Positions 10,950 through 22,090 are shown, counted from the first letter of the stretch. The stretch is 64,000 nt of DNA from an uncultured cyanobacterium (GCA_963744145.1 CAVUSO010000001.1:288001-352000); one strand, 5' to 3'. Translations and numbers: made by a program. The notes: generated from the sequence alone by a model not told the origin.

Positions 10950-11047
10950 ATCGTGGAATTTTCAAGCCTAGGGCAACAACTGGTTAGCCGTAACACATTT
11001 TATGCTACGCTATCTGATAATCTGATCAGACCAGCCACGTAATAAGT

Positions 11048-11860
11048 ATGAAAAACGAATTTATCTCGATTTTATCGAACCGAGAATTAGACAAGATGCG
11101 AAAAGCAGGACGTTTAGCAGCGGAACTGCTTGACCATCTAGAACTGATGATCAAACCAGGAGTAAGTACCCTCGCAATTAATGATGAAGCAGAAAGATGG
11201 ACAAAAGCCAGAGGGGCAAAAAGTGCCCCACTTGGTTATAAAGGATTTCCTAAGTCGATCTGCACCAGTGTCAATTATGTGGTCTGTCATGGTATTCCTA
11301 ACGCTAAGGAAATCCTCAAAGATGGAGATATTATTAATATTGATGTGACCCCTTTAGTGGATGGCTATCATGGTGATATATCAAAAACTTTTTTTGCTGG
11401 TACACCTTCACCAACCGCAAAAAAGCTAGTAGAAGTGACCGAGGAATGTTTATTTAGAGGTATTGCGGAAGTTAAACCTGGTGCGAAAATTGGTGATATT
11501 GGTGCCGCAATTCAAGAATATGCAGAAGCACAAGGATTTTCCGTAGTGCGAGATTTTGCGGGTCACGGAGTTCACCGAGTTTTTCATGCACCACCAGAAG
11601 TCCTTCACTATGGTAAACGTGGTACAGGAAAACGTCTCCGCTCTGGGATGGTGTTTACTATCGAACCAATGATTAATGAAGGTACTTGGGAAGTGGAAAT
11701 TCTTAAAGATGGATGGACAGCAATTACCCAGGATCGCAAACTTTCAGCTCAATTCGAGCATACAATTGCCGTTACTGATTCAGGGGTTGAGATTCTTACT
11801 TTACCTCCAAAACCAGCGGCGATCGGTGCTGGTTGTATTCCAGAAAACCAAAAAGTCTAG
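11048..11860 (+). CDS. map: Type I methionine aminopeptidase
   Basis: VCHGIP, DIINID, GYHGD, GHGV, FTIEPM, AQFEHT metal-binding motifs. Confidence 0.95.
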   Translation: MKNEFISILSNRELDKMRKAGRLAAELLDHLELMIKPGVSTLAINDEAERWTKARGAKSAPLGYKGFPKSICTSVNYVVCHGIPNAKEILKDGDIINIDVTPLVDGYHGDISKTFFAGTPSPTAKKLVEVTEECLFRGIAEVKPGAKIGDIGAAIQEYAEAQGFSVVRDFAGHGVHRVFHAPPEVLHYGKRGTGKRLRSGMVFTIEPMINEGTWEVEILKDGWTAITQDRKLSAQFEHTIAVTDSGVEILTLPPKPAAIGAGCIPENQKV

Positions 11861-12281
11861 ATTCCTAGATCTAATTGGGCGATCGTACTTGTCCAGCGCG
11901 ATCGCCTAACTTTCCCGATTTAATTAACCAATAATATATCTAAAATACCTGAACTAGATTATAGTTTCATCGATTTTAAAAACGGAATATTCGGTTAAAA
12001 CCAATATGGTATTTATATTAATCGTGTAGTCTCAAATGCTGATAGTGAAAGTAATTCAGGTTATTGACATAGTATTTTTAGATACTTAATTCCTGAGATT
12101 AATATGAGCGAACCGAACCGAACCAAAAGTAATTCGGTTTCCCGTATTGCTAAAAAGTTGAACACATTATAAATTTTATTTAAAAGAAAAAATCAACAAA
12201 ACTACTTCAAAAAACCAAAAGAGTTAGCAATTACAGCACTCTTAAATTCAAAAATCAACTGACTCTAATAGGAGGTTATCG

Positions 12282-13358
12282 ATGCGGATTGCCCAAGTAG
12301 CACCGTTATGGGAGCGAGTCCCACCTCCAGCCTATGGAGGAATTGAACTCGTTGTTGCATTACTTACGGACGAACTCGTAAGACGTGGTCATGAAGTTAC
12401 CTTATTTGCATCAGGAGATTCCATTACTCTTGCCAAACTAGAATCTGTTCACTCTCAAGCAATACGTTTAGATCCGACGGTCAAAGAATATGGCATTTAT
12501 GAAATGCTAGAACTCAGTCGGGTTTATGAAAATGCAGGGGAATTTGATCTGATTCACTCCCATATAGGCTGTGCGGCTTTACCATATACCAATTTAGTCA
12601 AAACGCCTACCGTTCATACCTTACATGGCATTTTTACGCCTGATAATGAAAAAATGTTTGTTCATGCTCGTCGTCAACCATACGTGAGTATTTCCAATTC
12701 CCAAAGGGAAAAAAGATTAAAACTCAACTATGTAGCGACAGTTTATAACGGGGTTGATACCAGTACCTATGATTTTTATCCTCAGCCCCAAGATCCTCCT
12801 TACTTAGCCTTTTTAGGACGACTTTCACCAGAAAAAGGACCACATTTAGCCATAGAAATTGCCAAACGTAGTGGTTGGAAATTGAAAATAGCTGGGAAAA
12901 TTGATGTGGTTGATCGTGAATACTTCGAGGCAAGTATTAAACCCCATATAGATGGTCAACAAATTGAGTTTTTAGGCGAAGCAAATCACGCCCAAAAAAG
13001 TGTACTGATGGGAAATGCTGTAGCGACTCTATTTCCGATTACTTGGCGTGAACCTTTTGGCTTAGTAATGATTGAATCAATGGCAACAGGAACCCCAGTA
13101 ATTGCGATGAAAATGGGTTCTACCCCCGAAGTTATTGCCCATGGTAAAACTGGATTTTTGTGCGAAAACGTTGATGAATGTATCGCAGCGATCGCTCAAG
13201 TTGCCCGACTAAATCGTCAAACTTGTAGAGAATATGTGATCAAAAACTTCAGCGTTGAAAGTATGACCGATGGTTATGAAGCAGTTTATCAGCAAATCAT
13301 CGCGGAACGGTTTGTACAAAACGGTCATAATCGAACTTTGAGCGTGAGTTTTTCCTAA
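12282..13358 (+). CDS. Glycosyltransferase family 4
   Basis: PPPAYGGIE, GRLSPEKG, EPFGLVMIE; AGGAGG RBS upstream. Confidence 0.9.
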   Translation: MRIAQVAPLWERVPPPAYGGIELVVALLTDELVRRGHEVTLFASGDSITLAKLESVHSQAIRLDPTVKEYGIYEMLELSRVYENAGEFDLIHSHIGCAALPYTNLVKTPTVHTLHGIFTPDNEKMFVHARRQPYVSISNSQREKRLKLNYVATVYNGVDTSTYDFYPQPQDPPYLAFLGRLSPEKGPHLAIEIAKRSGWKLKIAGKIDVVDREYFEASIKPHIDGQQIEFLGEANHAQKSVLMGNAVATLFPITWREPFGLVMIESMATGTPVIAMKMGSTPEVIAHGKTGFLCENVDECIAAIAQVARLNRQTCREYVIKNFSVESMTDGYEAVYQQIIAERFVQNGHNRTLSVSFS

Positions 13359-13446
13359 GTTTAAAAAACCTGTTAATTAAAAATGAAAGTATTCTCATTC
13401 ATTTTTAATTTTTCATCCCTAATCATTTCATCAAGGAGAGAAAGGT

Positions 13447-14874
13447 ATGTCAAGCGAAACGAGACAGCCGATCGCTTTTGGGGAAGGGCGTTCATCGAGT
13501 TTATCAGGACGCTTACGAGCGGGAGAATCATCAAAAACACCTTTTATTACAGCAAAATTAAATATTCCTGGTAGACAATCGATCGCTTTAATCTCTGATC
13601 ATGGCGACCCAGCTGCCGAAATCGGTTCAGTCGAAGCTGGAGGTCAAAACGTTTATGTTCGTCAAGTTGGAGAAGCTTTAGCTAAATTGGGATGGCAAGT
13701 GGATATGTTCACTCGCAAAGCGCAGTTAACCGATCCGGAAATTGTCCAGCATTCGCCCCACTGTCGCACGATTCGGTTAGTTGCTGGACCCCAAGAGTTT
13801 ATCCCAAAAGACGAAATCTTCCCATATATGCCCCAATTTGTGGAGGAATTGCAAAAGTTTCAAAGTAAAGAAGGCATTCATTATCCCTTAGTTCACACAA
13901 ATTATTGGCTTTCCGCTTGGATCGGATTACGGCTCAAAGAACAAACTAATATTCAGCTTGTTCATACTTATCACTCTCTGGGAGAAATAAAGTATAAAAC
14001 TGTAGCCACTAAACCACCGATTGCTAACACCCGATTAGCAGTTGAACGTCAGATTCTCAAACAAGCTAACTGTGTCGTAGCGACCAGTCCTCAAGAACAG
14101 GAGATGTTGCGATCGCTTGTCTCTGAACAAGGTTACATCGAAATCATTCCTTGTGGTACTGATGTAGATAATTTCCGTCGTATCCCCAAATCTGAAGCTA
14201 GAAAAAAATTAGGCTTTGCGATCACCGATCAGATTGTTCTTTATGTGGGACGTTTTGACCCTCGTAAAGGAATAGAAACCATCGTGCGAGCTGCCGCATT
14301 AACTGAAGCGAGAAAATCAGGCAACCTGCGCTTAGTGATTGCTGGTGGTAGCAATCCTGAATATGCTGACGGAAAGGAACGTCAACGGATTGAGGAAATT
14401 GTCGCAGAACTCGGTTTAACTGCACAAACTTTATTTACTGGTCGTTTGGGTCACGAAGTTTTACCACTTTATTACACAGCAGCTGACCTCTGTGTGGTGC
14501 CGAGTCACTACGAACCCTTTGGGTTAGTGGCGATCGAAGCAATGGCTTGTGGAACTCCAGTAGTTGCTTCTAATGTGGGTGGTTTAAAGTTTACAGTTAT
14601 TCCTGAAGAAACGGGTCTATTAGTACCACCTCAAGATCATGCAGCTTTTGCTCAAGCGATCGATCGGATTTTAGGGGACGAATTATGGGCCAGAAAATTG
14701 CAAAGACAAGCATCTGCTCGAGTCCGGGCTAATTTTAGCTGGTCTGGTGTCGCGATTCAATTAAGTGACCTTTATCGTCGTCTGCTCGCTAATTCTCTGA
14801 TGGACGAACGACTTTGGCAAACCCAACCCAGTTTGTGGTCAGAAGATGCTCAAGTCGCGATCGCGACTGGTTAA
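13447..14874 (+). CDS. GT-B glycosyltransferase, sucrose-phosphate-synthase/MshA-like
   Basis: HGDP...GGQNVY, HTNYW, TYHSLG, GRFDPRKG, EPFGLVAIEA. Confidence 0.85.
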   Translation: MSSETRQPIAFGEGRSSSLSGRLRAGESSKTPFITAKLNIPGRQSIALISDHGDPAAEIGSVEAGGQNVYVRQVGEALAKLGWQVDMFTRKAQLTDPEIVQHSPHCRTIRLVAGPQEFIPKDEIFPYMPQFVEELQKFQSKEGIHYPLVHTNYWLSAWIGLRLKEQTNIQLVHTYHSLGEIKYKTVATKPPIANTRLAVERQILKQANCVVATSPQEQEMLRSLVSEQGYIEIIPCGTDVDNFRRIPKSEARKKLGFAITDQIVLYVGRFDPRKGIETIVRAAALTEARKSGNLRLVIAGGSNPEYADGKERQRIEEIVAELGLTAQTLFTGRLGHEVLPLYYTAADLCVVPSHYEPFGLVAIEAMACGTPVVASNVGGLKFTVIPEETGLLVPPQDHAAFAQAIDRILGDELWARKLQRQASARVRANFSWSGVAIQLSDLYRRLLANSLMDERLWQTQPSLWSEDAQVAIATG

Positions 14875-14948
14875 GCTAGCACCAAATTAAATCTACCTGA
14901 TCTTATCCTCCGGGAATTTGAGAGATCAGGTTGAGATTTTGACTGGAT

Positions 14949-15495
14949 TTATTCACGACAAGCCCACCGTTTCCAGTCACTTGGTTTACCAGAAAACCAA
15001 GAAGTTTCCACAGGAATATCTTGTGGTAAAGCTAGTGTCAGTAAAAAACAAAGCACTTGACGGGTATAACTTTGGTGACAGTAAAAACTAAAATAACCTT
15101 GGAGTCCGAATTGATTTTGTTGCCAATAAATACTGACATCCCGACTTTCCCCGCGAATATGCACAACTCGATGTAGGGAAATTCGACGCACCTGATCCCA
15201 ACTAATTAAAATCGTTCCTGAAAATGGACCAGATATTTTTTAACCCAAATTTACTGATTGCTAAAGACTGTCCTAATCCTTCGGCAATAAATATTGTTGG
15301 TGTAAAAATAATTAAGATCAGGATCTTAAAAATAAAAAAGATGCCGATCGGCAAAAACAACACGCAACCAGTCAGTGAGATATAAAAAACCAGCCATCCC
15401 CAAAACGCGACTTTCGGGTTAATCGCTGATTTAACTATCATAGTTTTTTGCTTAGTTTCCACAGGATTTACTTGCTCCTGATATAACTTGGGCAT
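14949..15495 (-). pseudogene. Small membrane protein split by a probable +1 frameshift in an A6 run
   Basis: ORFs 15202-15495 and 14949-15191 join as ...FGLKISGPFSGTILISWDQVRRIS... if one T of 15236-15241 is removed. Confidence 0.5.
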
Positions 15496-15726
15496 TGGCT
15501 TTTTTTTTGGAAAAATGTATATTTGCTCAATGTTGTCTTAATTAAAGAACAAAGAGATCAGCTCCGATCGCCTGGGTATTTAATATAATCTTAATAATTT
15601 TCATACAGATGAAATAGGTTTAATAAATATTAGTGAAATATTTACCAAAAATAGATAGAAATTTTTCATTTGCTCAAAAATTTTTCCTCCTCTAATAGCA
15701 GTTTCAGGGTTAAATCACCCCAGGAA

Positions 15727-16908
15727 TTAAGATCGACATAAGGCTAAGTCAGGCATTAATCTAGTCATAATTTGCTGGAGAACCATTGCTGTCCAATCCA
15801 CATCAGCTTCAGTGGTATCTCGTCCTAAAGTCAGACGAATTCCACCCAGAGCTAACCGATCACTATATCCCATAGCTAACAAAATCGGACTAGGATTCAA
15901 CTTACCACTATGACAAGCAGCACCAGCACTAATCCCAATTCCGGCTAGATTCATCTGTCGGACTAAGGTTTTTCCCGTAATTACTTCCCGATCGCTACTG
16001 CAATAAGGAGGAATAATACAGAAACTCGCATGGTGGGGCAATCGATGCCAAGGATGACCTGTGGGCTTTAATCCAGGACAGTGGGCTAATTGGGCAAACA
16101 ACCGATCGCGCAATTGAATTAAACGAGGTGTTTCCCGGGTCATTTCCGTTTCCGCTAAAGTTGCAGCTACTCCAAATCCGGCAATCATGGGAACTGGTGG
16201 AGTACCAGAACGTCGCTGAAACTCTTGTCCCCCACCACCTAATAAAGGGACTAATTCCACTCCCTGACGCACATACAACGCTCCCACTCCCTGGGGACCA
16301 TAAATTTTATGACTAGATAGAGATAACAAATCCACGGGTAATGTTTGCACATCAATGGGCAAACGTCCGATGACTTGAACCGCATCAGTATGGAAAAGAA
16401 CACCGTGGGAACGAACAATATCACCTAAAACTTGAATGGGTTGGAGTGTACCTACTTCACTTTGACCATAAATAATCGAAACCAAAACTGTATTGGGGCG
16501 AATTGCTTCGACTAAGTCACGGGGATATACTTGACCGCAATTATCCACAGGTAAACGGGTTACTTCCCATCCCCATTGTTCCAGCAACTTGACTGGTTCG
16601 GCGATCGCGGAATGTTCAACACTAGAAATAATCAGATGTTGGGGCGTTTGATAATGTCTAGCTATGCCCATAATCGCTAAGTTATCAGCTTCAGTGCCAC
16701 CGGAAGTGAAAATAATTGACTCAGGATTAGATGCGTTGATTAATCGGGCGACTCGGATTCTAGCCCGTTCGATCGCAGTAGCAGCCCTTTGTCCCCACTC
16801 ATGGAGACTGGCAGGATTGCCCCATTGTTGGGTGAGAACATCTTGCATCGCAGCGATCGCCTCGGGTCGGGTTGGGGTGGTCGCACTGTAGTCCAGGTAT
16901 ATTTGCAT
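15727..16908 (-). CDS. IscS-like cysteine desulfurase (non-nif copy)
   Basis: YLDYSATT, SSHKIYGPQG PLP lysine, SAGAACH catalytic Cys; ATG at 16908. Confidence 0.9.
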   Translation of the reverse strand: MQIYLDYSATTPTRPEAIAAMQDVLTQQWGNPASLHEWGQRAATAIERARIRVARLINASNPESIIFTSGGTEADNLAIMGIARHYQTPQHLIISSVEHSAIAEPVKLLEQWGWEVTRLPVDNCGQVYPRDLVEAIRPNTVLVSIIYGQSEVGTLQPIQVLGDIVRSHGVLFHTDAVQVIGRLPIDVQTLPVDLLSLSSHKIYGPQGVGALYVRQGVELVPLLGGGGQEFQRRSGTPPVPMIAGFGVAATLAETEMTRETPRLIQLRDRLFAQLAHCPGLKPTGHPWHRLPHHASFCIIPPYCSSDREVITGKTLVRQMNLAGIGISAGAACHSGKLNPSPILLAMGYSDRLALGGIRLTLGRDTTEADVDWTAMVLQQIMTRLMPDLALCRS

Positions 16909-17010
16909 AATTTTCCAATCCAGTAAAAGCTTTACCAACAAAGGATCTGCTTAATCATCAGCATAAGATAATCGCAAGAAGATCCGTGGGAAATCACCAA
17001 TATTTTCTTT

Positions 17011-17412
17011 TTATCCACCGGGTTTTCGCACGTTGTAGTCTTCATGGGATAAGACTTCTTGCGGAATTAAAGTATTACCCTGATCGCGACAGATCATGCG
17101 GTAGTTGCGGGTTAAAGGAATACTTATAATTAAGCGATTGTGACGAAGACGTTTGCCACCAAATTCGGTGTAATTTCTTTTTTGCTGTAAGGCATTAATA
17201 ATTGCCCTTGCCTTAATTACCACATGATGAGGCAAAGCTCTCAGATCAATGGGGTCGAGGGCAAAAGTTGCTTCCCAGTCATTTTTTTGCTGTCGTCTTT
17301 CTGCTAGCGAAAGGGCAGTTTGTTCTTGCGCGGCGTGTTCCTGGGCACATAGGTGGCAGATTTGCCCATAACCTTTGTGGCCACAGGAAAAAGTTTTTTT
17401 TCTTCTAGGCAT
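17011..17412 (-). CDS. Hypothetical protein: N-terminal CxH..CxxC zinc site, C-terminal RelE/ParE-like region
   Basis: CGHKGYGQICHLC; GKRL...ISIPLTRNYRMI...VLSHEDYN resembles RelE/ParE-fold toxins (by eye). Confidence 0.55.
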   Translation of the reverse strand: MPRRKKTFSCGHKGYGQICHLCAQEHAAQEQTALSLAERRQQKNDWEATFALDPIDLRALPHHVVIKARAIINALQQKRNYTEFGGKRLRHNRLIISIPLTRNYRMICRDQGNTLIPQEVLSHEDYNVRKPGG

Positions 17413-17749
17413 AATAAAGTGGTGTCGGTTTAGCCCGTACACCGGAATAGCACTGAAGCACCGAAGATGCGTTTTTTAATTTAGACAATTGGAGCAGAGC
17501 GGCAATCTGTCCACTTGCGGCAGGTTGGTTATATTAACTTTATTTTTAAAACAATAGGCCAATCTTGAAAAATCTTTTCAGACTGGTGGGCACAAGTTTT
17601 TTCTAACCGACTGTTCCTCCTGTTGCTTTGGGCTATTATCTCATTGTTTGGATGACTATTGGGAAAATTTAGGTGCTGTTGTTTAACTAGCATCAAGGTT
17701 AGCCTGAAGTTAGCCGATCAGGTAATGGACGCAGAATTTGTCCCAATGA

Positions 17750-19546
17750 TTAATCGCTTAATAATAACAGTCTTAAAGGATCTAAATGAACTAGCCAAGG
17801 AAAAGGGCGATCTTTGAAACTTTTCCAATTTTCTTTGAAAACTTCTGCTTGTAAATGATAGTCTTGGGGATTGATGGGGGCAGAATTTAACTTTAAATAC
17901 AGGGTCATCCGGTGGGGAGTTTCACTCTGATGAGCTAACCAACAAGGAAAAGTATTTTCCGCTTGAACAATATTGGGAAAAATTAATTGATGTGCCCGAA
18001 TCCCCACATGAGATAATGTTTCGGGAATAGATTCAATCACACGGAGCTGACATTGCCAATCGATCGCTTCGATTTCTTCGGCTGTTTTAATGATCGTCCG
18101 AGAGAAATTTTTACAGCCTGTTAGTTGAGCAACTCTAACTGTATTGGGATGTTCAAAAATCTCTTGTTTGTTGCCAGCAGCGATGATTTTTCCTTGTTCT
18201 AACACTAATAAGCGATCGCAAACACGATAAGCCTCTTCTAAGTTATGGGTAACAAAGATAGTTACACCTGAAAAAGTTTGGAGTGTGGCAATTATTTGTT
18301 TTTCTAATTGATAGCGTAAGTGGGTATCTAAGGCTGAAAATGGTTCATCTAATAAGAGAATTTCCGGGTTACTCACTAAGACTCTTGCTAGTGCTACTCG
18401 TTGCTGTTGACCTCCTGATAATTGGGATGGATATTGGTAGGCAAATTCTTGCATTTGGACCGCTGCTAATTGGGCGGTTATTTGGGATTGAGCGATCGCT
18501 GGGGGTGTGTTTTTGGGTAAGCCAAAAGCAATGTTTTCAGCTACCGTTAGGTGGGGAAATAAAGCATAATTTTGGAATAAAAAACCGACGCGGCGATCGC
18601 GGACTGGGAGATTAATTCCTTGGGCAGAATCAAATAATACTCGGTTATTCAAAACAATCTGTCCAGATGTTGGTGTTTCTATGCCCGCAATACAACGTAA
18701 AATGAAGCTTTTACCACTACCAGAAGCTCCTAATAATCCTAATGGACTATTAGAATTGCTGAAAGAGACATCCAATTGAAAATTAGCTAATTGTTTGTAA
18801 ATATCAACAAATAGCCCAGTCTGATTGACAAGTTCTTTTTTTTGTTTTTCAATTATTGGCTTAATTTGTAGGTTTTTTTTGACCCTATTTCTCTTCGATT
18901 CTTGCCAAAAATTGACTATCCCAATTGCTGAAAGTGAAATCGTTAAAATTATGATTGACCATGCCCAAGCTTCATTGGTTTCTCCACTTTCGACCGCAAA
19001 ATAAATTGCCATTGGGATAGTTTGAGTTTGTCCAGGAATGTTTCCAGCTAACATCAAAGTTGCACCAAATTCCCCCAAAGCACGAGCAAAAGCGAGGGTA
19101 GCTCCTGCTAAAATTCCTGGTAAAGCTAAGGGAAAAGTAATCCGCCAAAAAACGGTTATTTCATTTGCACCCAAAGTTCTCGCAGCTTTCTGGAGATTGG
19201 TATCAATTTGCTCAAACGCTGCTAATGTGGTTTTATACATCAAAGGAAAAGCAACTACTGTCGCGGTTATAGCTGCTCCATACCAAGTAAAAACTATGTT
19301 AATATTGACTAAATGTAATAATTGACCCAGAAATCCATTTCTACCTAATAAGATTAGTAATAAAAATCCGACCACGGTGGGGGGCATAATTAAGGGTGAA
19401 ATGAAAATTGCTTCAATCAGCGATCGCCATCTTCCTCGGTAATCTAGCATCCAATAGGCTGCACTAATCCCTAAAAAGAATGTAATTAATGTTGCTAAAG
19501 TAGCAATTTTAAACGATATCCATAAAGGAGAAATATCTGTGGGCAT
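17750..19546 (-). CDS. modBC: Molybdate ABC transporter fused permease/ATPase (ModB-ModC)
   Basis: ModB motifs PPTVVG, FARALGEFGAT; ATPase GASGSGKS, LSGGQ, LLLDEPF. Confidence 0.92.
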   Translation of the reverse strand: MPTDISPLWISFKIATLATLITFFLGISAAYWMLDYRGRWRSLIEAIFISPLIMPPTVVGFLLLILLGRNGFLGQLLHLVNINIVFTWYGAAITATVVAFPLMYKTTLAAFEQIDTNLQKAARTLGANEITVFWRITFPLALPGILAGATLAFARALGEFGATLMLAGNIPGQTQTIPMAIYFAVESGETNEAWAWSIIILTISLSAIGIVNFWQESKRNRVKKNLQIKPIIEKQKKELVNQTGLFVDIYKQLANFQLDVSFSNSNSPLGLLGASGSGKSFILRCIAGIETPTSGQIVLNNRVLFDSAQGINLPVRDRRVGFLFQNYALFPHLTVAENIAFGLPKNTPPAIAQSQITAQLAAVQMQEFAYQYPSQLSGGQQQRVALARVLVSNPEILLLDEPFSALDTHLRYQLEKQIIATLQTFSGVTIFVTHNLEEAYRVCDRLLVLEQGKIIAAGNKQEIFEHPNTVRVAQLTGCKNFSRTIIKTAEEIEAIDWQCQLRVIESIPETLSHVGIRAHQLIFPNIVQAENTFPCWLAHQSETPHRMTLYLKLNSAPINPQDYHLQAEVFKENWKSFKDRPFPWLVHLDPLRLLLLSD

Positions 19547-19799
19547 ATTGAAAATTTTAAAAAAATAGATTATGCTATTTCTTCTAAAGATAACGATTTT
19601 TGTAACTATATATTAAAATATAGTTCTCTTTTGTTAAATAATGTGTAACTATCAATACAATTTGTTAATGATTTTATTTAATAATTTAAGCTGGGAAATC
19701 GGAATTTGCCCAGACTGGACAGAAAATTTAAATTAAGATTTAAAATCTAGATTTTTGTGATATGCTTTTTACGAAAAATATCAAGGTTAGGATCTAAAA

Positions 19800-20009
19800 A
19801 TGAAAATCAGTGCCCGTAACACCCTGAAAGCTACTATCAAGAAAGTCGTGATTGGAGCAGTTAATGCTGAAATAACCTTAGAGATTGCTCCTGGAGTTGA
19901 AGTAGTTTCTATCATCACCAAAACCTCGGCTGAAAATCTGGCATTAACAGAAGGTAAAGCAGCTTATGCCGTGATTAAAGCATCAGATTTACTTGTTGCT
20001 GTTGATTAA
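19800..20009 (+). CDS. mop: Molbindin/TOBE domain protein
   Basis: MKISARN...SIIT...AVIKAS. Confidence 0.88.
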   Translation: MKISARNTLKATIKKVVIGAVNAEITLEIAPGVEVVSIITKTSAENLALTEGKAAYAVIKASDLLVAVD

Positions 20010-20042
20010 GATGTAAATAATTTCAGCATAAATTTTTAATTC

Positions 20043-20075
20043 AAATCCCCGATATTTAAACCGGGGATTTTTTTT
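20043..20075. terminator. Intrinsic terminator between convergent genes
   Basis: AAATCCCCG / CGGGGATTT stem followed by T run. Confidence 0.7.
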
Positions 20076-20341
20076 TAGGCATTTTCAGTGGAAACAATTT
20101 GATCATTTTGATTAGATAATCCTAACTGTTTCGTCAATTCACGGGCCACATGAATTAAAAACTTAGAAGCATCAGGATTATCATGGTGGGCAAAGTAAGC
20201 AGCAACTTTGGCCATTGCTTGGATTAACCCAGCATCAATTAACTCTTGATGATGATCTAAGACTTCTGGTTCTTGACCATTAGGACAATGGAGTAATTTG
20301 TCAATTAAATTCAGATAAAGTTCTTCACGCTGTGCGGTCAT
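20075..20341 (-). CDS. Small conserved cyanobacterial hypothetical protein
   Basis: 88-aa ORF; LLxCPxGxEPEVL motif. Confidence 0.7.
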   Translation of the reverse strand: MTAQREELYLNLIDKLLHCPNGQEPEVLDHHQELIDAGLIQAMAKVAAYFAHHDNPDASKFLIHVARELTKQLGLSNQNDQIVSTENA

Positions 20342-20349
20342 AATTTACC

Positions 20350-20982
20350 TCAAAATTTACATACCACAATATGAAAAATATGCCAGTATTTTTCTTCACC
20401 TAAAGCAGTGACTCCCGGATGTTCTTCTTCCTCAAATACCTCAATTTGCCAATCATCTTTTAACAAATCTGTTAATTGTTGACGGGTGACATGAGTCAGA
20501 GCAGGATAAACAGCCCAGGAATCCCGTTCACCAAAAAACTGTCCACAAAAACGTCCTCCTGAGCGTAAACAGTTCGTTATTTTTTGCCAGAATTCAGAGA
20601 AATGCTCTGGAGGACAAAAAGGGAGAGAAAAACTAGCATTAACCAAATCAACCGACTCTGGTAGAGTGATAGATTCAAACCGTTGAACACAGGTTTCCAG
20701 AAGCTTAAGATCCACATCTAAGCGATTCTGTAAACGAGTAATAGCATCGACTTGACCATCAATTCCTAAGACTCTCCACCCACGTCGTAGCAGTTCGACT
20801 GTATCTCGTCCATCACCACAACCTAGATCTACAGCAAAAAGATTTGACTGAACAGATTGATCGGTTTCAAATCTCGCTAAAGCAGTTAGTAAAGTGTCCC
20901 GTGGTGGTCGTCCTACAACTGCTTGATAATAAGCATTCCAATCTCGGTCAAAAACTTGACTTTTTTCTCCCTCTTTCATCAT
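20350..20982 (-). CDS. Class I SAM-dependent methyltransferase
   Basis: VDLGCGDG motif I; LRSGGRF. Confidence 0.85.
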   Translation of the reverse strand: MMKEGEKSQVFDRDWNAYYQAVVGRPPRDTLLTALARFETDQSVQSNLFAVDLGCGDGRDTVELLRRGWRVLGIDGQVDAITRLQNRLDVDLKLLETCVQRFESITLPESVDLVNASFSLPFCPPEHFSEFWQKITNCLRSGGRFCGQFFGERDSWAVYPALTHVTRQQLTDLLKDDWQIEVFEEEEHPGVTALGEEKYWHIFHIVVCKF

Positions 20983-21000
20983 TTCTCTGTTAGTAATTAT

Positions 21001-21297
21001 TTAAGCTTGCACAAGGGAACTATGAGTATAACAATTTTTCGGACAAACTCGGGAACAAGCTTCACACCCAATACAATATTCGGGATGAATAATACTCATT
21101 ACTTTCCGTTCAACTTCATCTTCATCCTCGTTGTCAACAAATTCTCCCTCCTCATTCATGGCTCGTAATTGTAACACATTCCGTCCACAAACCTTAAAAC
21201 ATCTGCCACAACCAATACATTTATCTTGGTTAATTTCCTGGACAAACTGGGGAGTCCATGTTTTACCACCAAAAGTCAAACCAGTTAATGTAGTCAT
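21001..21297 (-). CDS. fdxB: Ferredoxin III, nif-specific 2[4Fe-4S]
   Basis: [11 protein letters not shown] and [15 protein letters not shown]-terminus; nif context. Confidence 0.9.
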   Translation of the reverse strand: MTTLTGLTFGGKTWTPQFVQEINQDKCIGCGRCFKVCGRNVLQLRAMNEEGEFVDNEDEDEVERKVMSIIHPEYCIGCEACSRVCPKNCYTHSSLVQA

Positions 21298-21352
21298 TAT
21301 CAAACTCCTTGAATTTTCCTTTTTGTTGTTGCCTAAAAAAACGTAACCTCAA

Positions 21353-21655
21353 CTAAACCAAATAAGCTTCTTGGTGAGTACGAATTGTACAATCAGAACG
21401 TGGATAAGCTACACAGAGAAGCACAAATCCTTTACTCATTTGCTCATCATCTAAAAATACCTGCTCAGATTGGTCAATCTCACCACCTTTCTCAACTTTA
21501 CCAACACAACTAGAACAAGATCCAGAACTACAAGAAAAAGGTAAATCTATGTTATGTTCTTCTGCTACTTTTAGGATATATTTATCATCCGGAACAGGTA
21601 TAGTAACATCAAGATCCCGTTTCTTGTTAATCAGTCGCACATTATAAGTTGCCAT
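21353..21655 (-). CDS. fdxH: Plant-type 2Fe-2S ferredoxin, nitrogenase donor type
   Basis: CSSGSCSSC...LLC; basic INKKR N-terminus; follows hesB. Confidence 0.85.
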   Translation of the reverse strand: MATYNVRLINKKRDLDVTIPVPDDKYILKVAEEHNIDLPFSCSSGSCSSCVGKVEKGGEIDQSEQVFLDDEQMSKGFVLLCVAYPRSDCTIRTHQEAYLV

Positions 21656-21699
21656 TAGTCAATTCCTCAAAAAGTCAACAACCGAAAATTAAGTCAAGA

Positions 21700-22071
21700 T
21701 TAACTACAAGGTACACCTGTAGGAGTACAATCACCAGCTTGAAAAGATTGACCACAACCACAGGTATCTGTAGCATTAGGATTCAAAAATTTAAAGCCAC
21801 TTTGAGTTAAACCCTCAACATAATCAACCACAACACCTTCTAACAAAGGGGCACTGTTTTTATCAATATAAACTCGTACTTTTCCCAACTGTTCGCACAA
21901 ATCATCTGATTTAGGTTCGTTGATGATATCTAAAGCATATTGATAACCGCTACAACCTCCATCTGTAATGGAAAAACGCACACCCCGTTGAGATTGATTT
22001 TCACTTTTGCTAGAGCCTTGGAGAAAGGTACGAAGACGTAATTCAGCTACTTCTGTCAATGTTAATGTCAT
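21700..22071 (-). CDS. hesB: HesB/IscA Fe-S assembly protein
   Basis: GGCSG...CGCGQSF. Confidence 0.92.
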   Translation of the reverse strand: MTLTLTEVAELRLRTFLQGSSKSENQSQRGVRFSITDGGCSGYQYALDIINEPKSDDLCEQLGKVRVYIDKNSAPLLEGVVVDYVEGLTQSGFKFLNPNATDTCGCGQSFQAGDCTPTGVPCS

Positions 22072-22090
22072 AAAAAACTCCGGGAGATCA

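Noticed and set aside
11975..12145. AACGGAATATTCGGTT near-palindrome and AACCG repeats upstream of the glycosyltransferases
   Set aside because: Short and imperfect; cannot be separated from chance without comparative data
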